This document shows, one piece after another, positions 8,250-15,978 of a stretch of 42,496 nt of DNA; within the stretch, counting starts at the first letter, position 1, and each line of letters opens with the position of its first letter. This DNA is from a virus (taxonomy: Duplodnaviria; Caudoviricetes): IMG/VR virus record IMGVR_UViG_3300020045_002569, positions 1 through 42,496 of that record; one strand, given 5' to 3'. Made by a program: the position numbers and the translations under genes. The notes under the pieces are model-generated. The model was not told where the DNA came from, made no database searches, and saw nothing but the letters and a program-made list of their open reading frames with translations.

Positions 8250-8357
8250 ACTCAAAAGGCCATACCATGATGAGTAGATAATTCCGTAAGGAAGAACCTG
8301 CATGGCATGACCTTTGGAGTCAATAATTATTAAATTGTCCTTACTAAATCTACTCAT
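8250..8357 (-). promoter_or_regulatory. structured 5' leader of the initiator gene (interleaved inverted repeats)
   Basis: 8338-8357 pairs with 8270-8292; 8301-8320 pairs with 8250-8269. Confidence 0.7.
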
Positions 8358-8409
8358 ATTGTAATATTAACATGTTTCACACAACTAATAATGAAGATAA
8401 GACTAAATC

Positions 8410-8418
8410 TGTGGATAA
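8410..8418 (-). promoter_or_regulatory. perfect DnaA box upstream of the replication gene
   Basis: TTATCCACA, intergenic. Confidence 0.7.
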
Positions 8419-8419
8419 A

Positions 8420-8674
8420 CTAAAATAACTTACTTTGTCCCTCTAACTTCAATCTGTACTGCACCACTTTCGGTCCCCTTCCACTTGGATTTGGTACATA
8501 CTGCGCCTCAAGAATTGGGTCTAAATCTTCCTGCGCCATAACTCGCAACATCCTTTCGACAGTAGACGGCTTATGTTCTGTTTTGTATCCCACATGCTGA
8601 CTGATGGTTCCTGCGTACTTCCAAGTTCCGTCTCTCAAAAAATTTAGCGCACATTCTTTTATTTTTTGTTGCAT
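8420..8674 (-). CDS. small winged-helix-like DNA-binding protein
   Basis: KPSTVERMLR...SGRGPKVVQYRL. Confidence 0.55.
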   Translation of the reverse strand: MQQKIKECALNFLRDGTWKYAGTISQHVGYKTEHKPSTVERMLRVMAQEDLDPILEAQYVPNPSGRGPKVVQYRLKLEGQSKLF

Positions 8675-9177
8675 TATTTTAGTCTGTTAAGGTGTTTGAG
8701 ATAGTCGATATAGCTATCAAATTCACCATTTGAATAAATAACATCTCGAAAATATTTGTAATGTTCTGGGTCTAACACTTTTGTTCTGTCGATAGCGTAG
8801 TTTTCTTCTAGGTATTCGATAACCGACTCCACCAAGCCATCGTTTAGTTTTCCCTTACTAGATAGCCCGATTTTTTCAAGTTTTCCAGAGCGCATTATCA
8901 TTTCACCGTTAAATTCTTTATTAGCCTCGCCGTGATAGTGCTTATGGATTCTAGCGTCTCGGTAGTCGTGTCCATCAAGGTAAATCCAGAGAGTAATAAC
9001 TGCACCTTCGTAAAAGCCACGTTGGCTTTTTGATTCTGCGGTTATGCGTTCTATCTTGTATTTTGCTCCTGGATTTTCGGCCAAGTCTTTTCTCAAACGC
9101 AGTCGATTGTAATCACTCCCAACATTAAGATTACCGTCCACTGACCTAGCCCAGAATACGTTAGAATGGCGTATCAT
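8674..9177 (-). CDS. hypothetical, possibly NinB/Orf-like recombination accessory protein
   Basis: ESKSQRGFYEG.VI resembles the NinB-type RS..QN.Y.GVV motif; position after SSB. Confidence 0.45.
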   Translation of the reverse strand: MIRHSNVFWARSVDGNLNVGSDYNRLRLRKDLAENPGAKYKIERITAESKSQRGFYEGAVITLWIYLDGHDYRDARIHKHYHGEANKEFNGEMIMRSGKLEKIGLSSKGKLNDGLVESVIEYLEENYAIDRTKVLDPEHYKYFRDVIYSNGEFDSYIDYLKHLNRLK

Positions 9178-9403
9178 TTGGGTCTATTTCATCCGTGTTA
9201 AGGTTTTCTACTTGATTCTCTTTCGGTTGCTCGATTCTTGGATGCGAAACGTAAATTTGCCAGTCTGGATGCTTGGATTCACTCTTGCGACTATTTGTGA
9301 AGCACACAACTCGAACTTCCTGGTCTCCCACTTTTATGCTTCCACTCATAAACTTGCCTTTTGCACCGTTCTTTTCCCACAAAGCTCCTATTGATTTTTC
9401 CAT
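9161..9403 (-). CDS. small ssDNA-binding protein (DUF736-like)
   Basis: IGALW....KGKFMSG.I...HPDW.IY and acidic tail ending DTPF. Confidence 0.7.
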   Translation of the reverse strand: MEKSIGALWEKNGAKGKFMSGSIKVGDQEVRVVCFTNSRKSESKHPDWQIYVSHPRIEQPKENQVENLNTDEIDPNDTPF

Positions 9404-9405
9404 AG

Positions 9406-10041
9406 TTAGAATATTTTAGATTCTCTTTTATAAACTTCGCTAATTTCTTTGGCTGCTTTTTGGATTCGTGCAGCCATTTTCAGAATGTCTACCAATTCAA
9501 GATTAACTTGAAAATACAGAACATTCCCAGTTAATTCTATTTCGCCTTCTTCACTGTCTTGCGTTTCTACCCAGATAAGTTCGATTTTTTTCGTAACTAT
9601 TTTGTGATTGAGATAAATCATCAGAGCGTAGAAAGCAAGTTGCCCGTGATTTTGAGCTTTGCCTTGCGTCCATTTTGTTTTCCCAGTCTTGCGCTCCCCG
9701 ATGTAATGAGTCTCGGCAAGGTAGTCGTCCACTTCTCCTTCGAGATTGATTATTCCGTTCTCTGTTTTGAGTTGTGCTTTCATTCGGCACTTTCCACCCT
9801 TACGAGGAACAACTTTTGCAAGCAAGTCTTCAATATGGTCTTCGGCTTGACCTTCTTCCATCGCTTTGTCCATTTTAGTTCCGTATCTGGTTCCAGAATT
9901 ATCTATCCCTGTACTTTCTCCGTGAATGTAATGGGCGATATATCTTTCGGGACTACTCTCCCAAAGTGAAAGTGAGGACCAAGACAGATAGGACCTCGGA
10001 AGGACAATATTATTCTTTTGGGTTAGAGAGGATTTCGACAC
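9406..10041 (-). CDS. PD-(D/E)XK (Cas4/RecB-like) exonuclease
   Basis: YLSWSSL, GEVDD..IGERKTG, QLAFYAL. Confidence 0.78.
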   Translation of the reverse strand: MSKSSLTQKNNIVLPRSYLSWSSLSLWESSPERYIAHYIHGESTGIDNSGTRYGTKMDKAMEEGQAEDHIEDLLAKVVPRKGGKCRMKAQLKTENGIINLEGEVDDYLAETHYIGERKTGKTKWTQGKAQNHGQLAFYALMIYLNHKIVTKKIELIWVETQDSEEGEIELTGNVLYFQVNLELVDILKMAARIQKAAKEISEVYKRESKIF

Positions 10042-10663
10042 GGCTAGACATTAAGGCTTGTAATTCTTCTTTTTGTTTTGCGTTAAATATCTTGTTGACT
10101 TTGAGTTTTTCAGCCCATTCAATCAGACCGTCAATGTTACGAGAGGCTGCAATGAGCTTTTTGGCCCTCTCGAAGTCCGCAGTATTGTCTTTTTGGGGCA
10201 TTTTGCCACCGCCACGCTGTTTTTGGTCATTTTCCGCATCATCCCCAGTCTCCACTAGAAACGTCTTACTAAGGTAGTATTTCATCGCACCAGTGAGGGC
10301 TTTATAGACGGCCTTGTCTCCAATATCCTTTCCCACACCATATCCGATAGAAACGAGAGTGTCTTTGCCATCCAAATCGTGCAAAGTGTACTCAATTTCG
10401 ACAAAAACGGTCTCATTTTCACGTTGTTTTTCGTCAGTTGATGTATACCTAGTGATGCTCTTTCCGCTATTGGTTAGAGCCAATCTGTATTTCCCGAGAA
10501 GTGGTTTTATCTCTCCAATAATGTCTACCTCGCGAGCATAGGCGTATTTGTTGAAATCATTATAGCCACCCTTAATAACTGTTTGGATATCTTGTTGAAC
10601 TTTGCTGATTTTCTCGACGAGAGACATCAATTTAGGTCTCCCTTGAACTTGTATTTTTTCCAT
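10010..10663 (-). CDS. erf: ERF-family single-strand annealing recombinase
   Basis: K.GYNDFNKY.YA, G.G.D.GDKAVYKALTGAMKYYL.K.F..ETGDDAE. Confidence 0.88.
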   Translation of the reverse strand: MEKIQVQGRPKLMSLVEKISKVQQDIQTVIKGGYNDFNKYAYAREVDIIGEIKPLLGKYRLALTNSGKSITRYTSTDEKQRENETVFVEIEYTLHDLDGKDTLVSIGYGVGKDIGDKAVYKALTGAMKYYLSKTFLVETGDDAENDQKQRGGGKMPQKDNTADFERAKKLIAASRNIDGLIEWAEKLKVNKIFNAKQKEELQALMSSRVEILSNPKE

Positions 10664-10664
10664 A

Positions 10665-11252
10665 TTAGATTAAGGTTAATTCTTTTTCTTCGTAAGCCTC
10701 ACAACCTGGAACTGAAACTCCTTTCTTGAAACTTGCCTTGATTGCTACCATGTCTGGTTCCATGAACTCAAGTGGAATTTTTGTTTTGTCGGTTACTCGA
10801 TATTTGATAACAGTTTTGGTAACAGCTTTCGCTTCATCAGTTGCGACTGTTTTTTCTGGAGCTTTTATCTCCTCGATTTTGCGTACAGCAGTTTCCACTT
10901 TCATAGTTCCGCGTTCCACACGTTCGGCCAATTTGATTTTAGCTTCTTCGGCTTTGCGTGTTTGCTCTGCGGTGTACGCAAGCATTTTTTGTTTGATTGT
11001 ACGCAGTGCGTTATCACCAGCCGTTTCAATAGGCTTAAACAAATCTCGCACACTTTTAAGCGCAGCGTTAAGAGGCTTGGTTATCTCCTCTTTACGAGCG
11101 ATGTACAAATCTAATTTTTCCTTGATTGCTTTCCCTTCACCAAGCGCAGAAGTGTAATCCTCTGCACTAACTATCTTTAAGGTTCCTGCGTAATTTTCCG
11201 CTTTCAAAACCTCGGCTGTGTAAGCCTGTATTTCTTTTGTAGGTATTTCCAT
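10665..11252 (-). CDS. coiled-coil phage protein of recombination modules (Gp157-like C-terminus)
   Basis: R.EITKPL...K.V..LFKP; D..KIP.EF..PD..AIK...G..VPG. Confidence 0.6.
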   Translation of the reverse strand: MEIPTKEIQAYTAEVLKAENYAGTLKIVSAEDYTSALGEGKAIKEKLDLYIARKEEITKPLNAALKSVRDLFKPIETAGDNALRTIKQKMLAYTAEQTRKAEEAKIKLAERVERGTMKVETAVRKIEEIKAPEKTVATDEAKAVTKTVIKYRVTDKTKIPLEFMEPDMVAIKASFKKGVSVPGCEAYEEKELTLI

Positions 11253-11376
11253 TAGGGTTAGACTCTAGCGTGAAACTCATAGAGTTACTTTGCTTTTTTG
11301 AGTCGTTAATTTTGTTAATTGCACGTTCGCTATCCATTTCGATGGACCGCAGTGCATCTTGACCATCGTAATCCAT
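11167..11376 (-). CDS. hypothetical protein
   Basis: 69-aa ORF, 3' end overlaps the next gene. Confidence 0.4.
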   Translation of the reverse strand: MDYDGQDALRSIEMDSERAINKINDSKKQSNSMSFTLESNPNGNTYKRNTGLHSRGFESGKLRRNLKDS

Positions 11377-11378
11377 AC

Positions 11379-11606
11379 TTAGTTTACTATGCCTTCAAGC
11401 CAAACACCAACTACGAATTGAATGATATTTAACGCGATAGCCCAACACAATAAATACCAGAGAATTTTACTGTAGTTACGTTCAGTCCAGTTGCGAATAG
11501 ATTTCTTGCTTCGCCAAATTTGCATAGACATTTTTTTTAAGATTGATAATCGCTCGTTCGACTGCGAGCTTGTGCATGGGGACATAGTTGAGCCATTTCG
11601 ATTCAA
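11379..11606 (-). CDS. small membrane protein (start uncertain)
   Basis: C-terminal TM helix. Confidence 0.4.
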   Translation of the reverse strand: MNRNGSTMSPCTSSQSNERLSILKKMSMQIWRSKKSIRNWTERNYSKILWYLLCWAIALNIIQFVVGVWLEGIVN

Positions 11607-11671
11607 TCAGCATTACCCGACGGGTCGTCTGTGCTCTTTTCCATCCCCACACGCACGAACTCACATAGTCT

Positions 11672-11715
11672 AGTATACACGGATTCTATCTGTCGTGCAA
11701 GCACGTTGTGGATAA
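11672..11715 (-). promoter_or_regulatory. promoter with a DnaA box, driving the recombination/replication operon
   Basis: TTATCCACA-6bp-TTGCAC-17bp-TATACT; palindrome CGTGC-AA-GCACG over the -35. Confidence 0.8.
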
Positions 11716-11716
11716 A

Positions 11717-11746
11717 CTAAAAGCCACCCTTTTGAGGTGGCCGTTA
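11717..11746 (-). terminator. intrinsic terminator after the lysis genes
   Basis: GCCACCUC-AAAA-GGGUGGC followed by UUUUAGUUU. Confidence 0.8.
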
Positions 11747-11759
11747 GTGCGGTTAGTCT

Positions 11760-12146
11760 CTAAATTATACCACTAGCAATCTTCTGTGTACATACAACCC
11801 AGTGTCTATCCGCTATCTCGTCAAGATACATCCTGCGAGCGACGTTCCTTTGCAATATTGGGTCATGAATTATGTTCAGAATTTCACCGTCTTCTGAATA
11901 TTTTATGTACCCGTACTTCTTCGCATATTGTAAGAACGTAGTCTCTTGAAACTGATACAGACCGTAAGAATATTTGTTGTTTGAATCGAGCACTATTATG
12001 TTCGGCCTGTTAGAACTTTCACACATTGCTAACTTATCTAAGAAGATTTCTGTTTCATCTGGAGCCACATATGCTGACCTGGATGTCTGACTGAACACAA
12101 CCCAAAGTATCGTTACTATCGCAACGACTATAGATATTTTTTTCAT
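11760..12146 (-). CDS. lysozyme-like/lytic transglycosylase with N-terminal signal anchor
   Basis: LAMCESS catalytic Glu motif, SYGLYQF..TTF; hydrophobic N-terminus. Confidence 0.78.
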   Translation of the reverse strand: MKKISIVVAIVTILWVVFSQTSRSAYVAPDETEIFLDKLAMCESSNRPNIIVLDSNNKYSYGLYQFQETTFLQYAKKYGYIKYSEDGEILNIIHDPILQRNVARRMYLDEIADRHWVVCTQKIASGII

Positions 12147-12183
12147 AATCGACCAGTTTCGCTCTGGTCAAACGCTGTATAGG

Positions 12184-12420
12184 TTATCGCTTTAGGAAAA
12201 AAGCGTAAAACGTAGACGCTGCACCGAGAACGCCCAAAACCGAGCCATACCAATTAGTCGCACGAACCCAAACATACAGACCACCGACTAATAATGACAG
12301 ACCAACGAGCATAAACTTAGTTACCCAGGATGTTGTACCGAGTTTTTGCTTTAGGTACTGAACTAATAAAGACAACCCCGAACCTACTATCGCGATACCA
12401 ATAAAATCTTGTAATTCCAT
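12184..12420 (-). CDS. holin-like three-TM protein
   Basis: 78 aa, three hydrophobic helices, basic C-terminus, adjacent to a muralytic enzyme. Confidence 0.7.
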   Translation of the reverse strand: MELQDFIGIAIVGSGLSLLVQYLKQKLGTTSWVTKFMLVGLSLLVGGLYVWVRATNWYGSVLGVLGAASTFYAFFLKR

Positions 12421-12442
12421 TTTTATTATTTTACTAATAAAC

Positions 12443-12716
12443 TAGAGTCATCCGTTACCAACTCTATTAGGCCCGTCCGAGTCGAACGGACACCAAGCAT
12501 CGTAGCACCTCGAACTCTTTGTATATAAAGTTTGATTCCTGGTTACTACATAATGTTTGGCCCACCACGAAGGCCCGTGAGTGCGGAGTTGATTTTTGTC
12601 TGCTCCGCTCAGACATGCTGTGGGCCGTAAACTCCGTGTGTTGAGTGAGAAGTTTTGGCCGTTGCAATCCTACAGGTGATAAGCCGTTATGGTTGCCCGA
12701 CTGCACCTACCACCTA
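12443..12716 (-). ncRNA. candidate ~270-nt structured RNA with two pseudoknots and a T-loop hairpin
   Basis: pairings listed in findings; GC-rich gap with no convincing ORF. Confidence 0.6.
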
Positions 12717-12734
12717 GATTCGACCACCCCCTTT

Positions 12735-12947
12735 CTACCTGTTCTTGCGCGACCAGCCTTCCTGCCCGATGACCTTGCCGTCTGCGAGCGTGTACACAAT
12801 GAACGCGTGTGTACATGTGCAGAGGAAGTAATGCCTCCCTAGAACGTCCCGATAGCTCTCTTGCACGCGCAAGGAACATTCAGGACATTCGATTACTAGC
12901 TTCGGGGTATGCGTCGCATACTCCTTCGGTTGATGCGACATAGCCAT
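12735..12947 (-). CDS. small Zn-ribbon protein
   Basis: CPEC...CTC. Confidence 0.6.
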   Translation of the reverse strand: MAMSHQPKEYATHTPKLVIECPECSLRVQESYRDVLGRHYFLCTCTHAFIVYTLADGKVIGQEGWSRKNR

Positions 12948-13085
12948 TTACACACCCCAGGGTTCCTTGTCGGCTTTGGTTGCTTTTTCGTACAACTTCT
13001 CCTGTCTGCGAAAGCGTAGCCACGCTACAACTAGAACTGTGATGCCTATGATTAGCACCACACCGATTACGATGAGTGCCCTCAT
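12948..13085 (-). CDS. small single-TM protein (45 aa; not in the ORF track)
   Basis: MRALIVIGVVLIIGITVLVVAWLRFRRQEKLYEKATKADKEPWGV; stop abuts the next start. Confidence 0.55.
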   Translation of the reverse strand: MRALIVIGVVLIIGITVLVVAWLRFRRQEKLYEKATKADKEPWGV

Positions 13086-13313
13086 TCTTTTCATCTTTCA
13101 AGGTCCTTTGTATTCTTCATTGAATACAAGAAACACCATCCAGGTTAGTAGATAGCGTTTTTTGTTCTCAAGCGAGTTTTCTCACGAATTTTATTATATC
13201 TTGCCTTTCTTTTTTGTTTGCAACCGTAGCACACCGCCTTTTTTATAAAAGTTATGCACCGTTCTACTGGTGTTTGACACTTAGAACACCGAGTCCACAT
13301 TTTTTTGTAACCT

Positions 13314-14063
13314 TCATGCATATATTTGATTCATTTTTGCACGACTTTTGGGACCAAATGTACTTCCTTTCAAAATATATTTTTCATACCAAGATAGTGA
13401 AAGAAACTTCTTTTGAAATTCAAAAACTGCGTTCTTCGTTATATTTCCGTAGTATCCAGTTATTTCATGGTCAAAAAGTCTTTGAGCTTTAAGTGCAAGT
13501 TGTACTCCAGCGACTTCGTGTCCAGATTCTCCTAACTCTACATCTTGAGCAAAAGCTAGTTCGGTTGCGTTGTGATAAAAACGATTCATAAACGGACTCG
13601 GGTCTATCGCACCTCTGTAGCCGTTGCTCTGTTCGATATTATCCCATTGCCAATCTTGTTCACCTTGATAGACAGGCTTGAGACCGAAGTGGAGATGAGA
13701 ACCTGTGGATAACCCAGTATTGTCGGCACTAGCGATGTATTGACCTTGAATTACTAAATCTCCAGCTTTGACCTGGAATGTTCCTCTTTTTAAGTGTCCG
13801 TAGATTGTCTTGTAAAATGCAGTTGAGTCGTTGTAGTCGAATTTCTCAGTTGTACGAATTACGATTGTCTGACCGCCCGAGCCGTCCTCACCAGAGAAAG
13901 AAACAATCCCAGAATGAGTGGCATAGACTGGAGAGTTGTCCAGAGCGTAAAGGTCAAGTCCGTTATGTCCCAGAAGACCGAGATTGGTGTAAATGGGGTC
14001 CTTAACGCCAAATGATTGATTGACTTTGTGCAGAGTTAGGGGATAGGAAAGCTCTAATTTCAT
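13314..14063 (-). CDS. endolysin: M23 metallopeptidase with a peptidoglycan-binding domain
   Basis: HNGLD, YGHL, STGSHLHFG, IDP; C-terminal V..VQ.AL....TGYYG.IT..AV..FQ. Confidence 0.92.
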   Translation of the reverse strand: MKLELSYPLTLHKVNQSFGVKDPIYTNLGLLGHNGLDLYALDNSPVYATHSGIVSFSGEDGSGGQTIVIRTTEKFDYNDSTAFYKTIYGHLKRGTFQVKAGDLVIQGQYIASADNTGLSTGSHLHFGLKPVYQGEQDWQWDNIEQSNGYRGAIDPSPFMNRFYHNATELAFAQDVELGESGHEVAGVQLALKAQRLFDHEITGYYGNITKNAVFEFQKKFLSLSWYEKYILKGSTFGPKSRAKMNQIYA

Positions 14064-14066
14064 AAC

Positions 14067-14110
14067 CTTATAATAGCACTTGTGGTTATTGGCAAGTCGA
14101 GTTATCCACT
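14067..14110 (-). promoter_or_regulatory. promoter for the M23 lysin with an inverted DnaA-box-like site
   Basis: TTGCCA-17bp-TATAAG; TTATCCACT on the + strand (14102-14110), 6 bp upstream of the -35. Confidence 0.55.
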
Positions 14111-14287
14111 ATGCTTGGATATCTCCTTCTCAGAGACAACTTTGGCGATTCCCCACGGTGTCTTTTTGGTTATGTACTTCATTTTATTTACAACTCTGGA
14201 AACAGTTGCCTTATCTTTATACGGTTCGCCTTTGTAGTTCTTGAGTAAGCCTAGACGGAATACCTCTCCTATTGTGTAATATTTCAT
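14102..14287 (-). CDS. small HTH/excisionase-like DNA-binding protein
   Basis: YYTIGEV....DKATVSRVV; basic. Confidence 0.55.
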   Translation of the reverse strand: MKYYTIGEVFRLGLLKNYKGEPYKDKATVSRVVNKMKYITKKTPWGIAKVVSEKEISKHSG

Positions 14288-14463
14288 TAGAATTTTTGGT
14301 TAATTCGGTCTTCAATCTTTTCCATAATAATCAGGACACAGCCCTCAAGATGTCTAATAGAATTAGCTCCATTTCCGATAATTGGCTCAAGTTGTTTATA
14401 AAGTGTAGCCCATTCGTGGGGAGCTAGATTCATCTCACTTTTTGTTTTGTTTGCTTGTAACAT
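14287..14463 (-). CDS. hypothetical early protein (58 aa; not in the ORF track)
   Basis: MLQANKTKSEMNLAPHEWATLYKQLEP...RINQKF; TAATG-coupled to the next gene. Confidence 0.5.
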   Translation of the reverse strand: MLQANKTKSEMNLAPHEWATLYKQLEPIIGNGANSIRHLEGCVLIIMEKIEDRINQKF

Positions 14464-14464
14464 A

Positions 14465-14647
14465 TTATCTTGATTTTAATACTTCTTTGAACGTAAAGCC
14501 GAGAAACCTTAGAGGTTCAATCTGATAATCGCACAGGGTTCCAGTTCCAGTCAGAGCGGTTATGGCCTTTTTCATATCGGGATTGACAATGTATCTTAGG
14601 TCCCTTCCGTATTGCTTTTCGATGTAGTATTCGATGACTTTTTCCAT
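14465..14647 (-). CDS. hypothetical early protein
   Basis: 60-aa ORF in the operon. Confidence 0.6.
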   Translation of the reverse strand: MEKVIEYYIEKQYGRDLRYIVNPDMKKAITALTGTGTLCDYQIEPLRFLGFTFKEVLKSR

Positions 14648-14651
14648 AAAT

Positions 14652-14864
14652 TTAGTAGTTATACGACCAGCTTACTTTTTGACCATTCTCATATTCGACC
14701 CATTGAGAATCTTTAGACTTGTGGAGCACGACATGATGGTACTTTCCGCTCAGACTAGCCTTTCGAGCGTAGTTGACCGCATCAGAAAGACTTATGGCGT
14801 GATGGAGAGGCATGTGGAAGCTCGTGTTTCGGGAGTCAAACAATTCTAAGTAGTATTTAGGCAT
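14652..14864 (-). CDS. hypothetical early protein
   Basis: 70-aa ORF. Confidence 0.6.
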   Translation of the reverse strand: MPKYYLELFDSRNTSFHMPLHHAISLSDAVNYARKASLSGKYHHVVLHKSKDSQWVEYENGQKVSWSYNY

Positions 14865-15114
14865 GTTTGATGTATTTAGACTTATAAAGAGCGTCGTAGA
14901 GCTCGTCTCTGGTTCTAAACGCTAAGATTGGAGCAAAATCGTTCTTACTTGCGTCCTCGAAGGTCTCCTCGTTCTCTATAATCATCCAGGGATTACTTTT
15001 CCAGACCACACGACAGATTTTTACACCATCGACGACCATATCACGATTGAACATTCCTTTAGTTATCTTGTTGAATTGAGTTTTGGTCATAATTTTAGCT
15101 GTTAATGTACTCAA
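14857..15114 (-). CDS. hypothetical early protein
   Basis: 85-aa ORF overlapping neighbours. Confidence 0.55.
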   Translation of the reverse strand: MSTLTAKIMTKTQFNKITKGMFNRDMVVDGVKICRVVWKSNPWMIIENEETFEDASKNDFAPILAFRTRDELYDALYKSKYIKHA

Positions 15115-15655
15115 CCTTGAATATCGGAGTGAACTTTCCTTCGTAGACCGAGTTGTAAGTGGCTCCAGAGTTATCGAATGTCCAGTTTATAGCAGTCCCG
15201 AAGTCAAGATGACTGCGACCAGTTTCACCCTTTCGAGTTACCACCGATTGAGTCTTTGTTTCGATGACTTCTGTATCACGAGTCCTGTCTGGGTTTTCTG
15301 TGTTCACAATACGAATCTTCGTTCCGACCGAGAGAAACTTCTTGAGCTGATTGAGATTGGAAGGCTTGCCGTTCGTGATTGGCTCAGACTTTGGAGCAAC
15401 CAACTCCGAAAACAATGGCTGATTGATGCCAAGCTCTTTGATGAACTTGTTGGCCGTGGCGTGATAAGTGGGATTGTCATAGTCCGTAACTTCAATGGAG
15501 TCTCCGTCCGCAAGTATTCTTTTCGCAAACATTATGGCACTCTTTTGGGTCTTGATGGCCCAGATTCCAGGAAAGTAGTCGGACATCGAATCACAGTCTG
15601 TCTCATTACTGAGAGAGAAGTGGGAGCCGACGATTAGTTTGTAGTGTTTGTTCAT
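15095..15655 (-). CDS. hypothetical early protein
   Basis: 186 aa, first gene after a near-consensus promoter. Confidence 0.7.
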   Translation of the reverse strand: MNKHYKLIVGSHFSLSNETDCDSMSDYFPGIWAIKTQKSAIMFAKRILADGDSIEVTDYDNPTYHATANKFIKELGINQPLFSELVAPKSEPITNGKPSNLNQLKKFLSVGTKIRIVNTENPDRTRDTEVIETKTQSVVTRKGETGRSHLDFGTAINWTFDNSGATYNSVYEGKFTPIFKVEYINS

Positions 15656-15713
15656 GATTTTTCTTTTTTAGTTGTTAATGGGAGGCGACCTTTCTTCCCA
15701 CCCCTCCAGATAC

Positions 15714-15757
15714 AGTATATACCCGTTGCCTACGGTTGTCAAGGGTTGTGTGGATAA
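15714..15757 (-). promoter_or_regulatory. strong early promoter with a DnaA box
   Basis: TTATCCACA-6bp-TTGACA-17bp-TATACT. Confidence 0.85.
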
Positions 15758-15844
15758 AGTAAGTAGGTTGAAAAAGCCTTATAACAGGCCGTATTATTGC
15801 TATGTTTCGAAAATATATTTTATGAAAAGGTTTTTGTTGGCAAC

Positions 15845-15867
15845 AAAAAAGCCCCTTTCGGGGATTC
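15845..15867 (-). terminator. intrinsic terminator ending the virion operon and the small RNA
   Basis: CCCC-GAAA-GGGG followed by CUUUUUUG. Confidence 0.8.
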
Positions 15868-15941
15868 TTTGTGAGGCCACGCGCTACCCATTGGGATTGG
15901 ATACCCACCATCTCCTTGCGGAGAAAGCCTTGTCCGCCTCA
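15845..15941 (-). ncRNA. candidate ~95-nt small RNA
   Basis: own promoter TTACAA-17bp-TATAGT with TG extension (15947-15975); UGAGGC/GCCUCA closing stem, GCAA tetraloop hairpin, UGGG-UAUCCAAU-CCCA hairpin, terminator. Confidence 0.6.
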
Positions 15942-15978
15942 ATTACACTATAGCATATTCAGTTTATTTTTGTAAGTC

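Noticed and set aside
12559-12626. HDV-like, pistol or hammerhead ribozyme
   Set aside because: Required conserved residues (P1.1 GG after P1, CUGANGA/GAAA, pistol core) not found by eye
12460-12735. tRNA or tmRNA gene (T-arm GTTCGACTC, pseudoknots)
   Set aside because: No complementary acceptor stem, D-arm/anticodon arm or CCA, and no GGGGxxG...CUCCA tmRNA termini; kept only as an unclassified RNA candidate
13704-13712. Perfect DnaA box
   Set aside because: Inside the conserved GLSTG codons of the M23 domain; explained by protein coding
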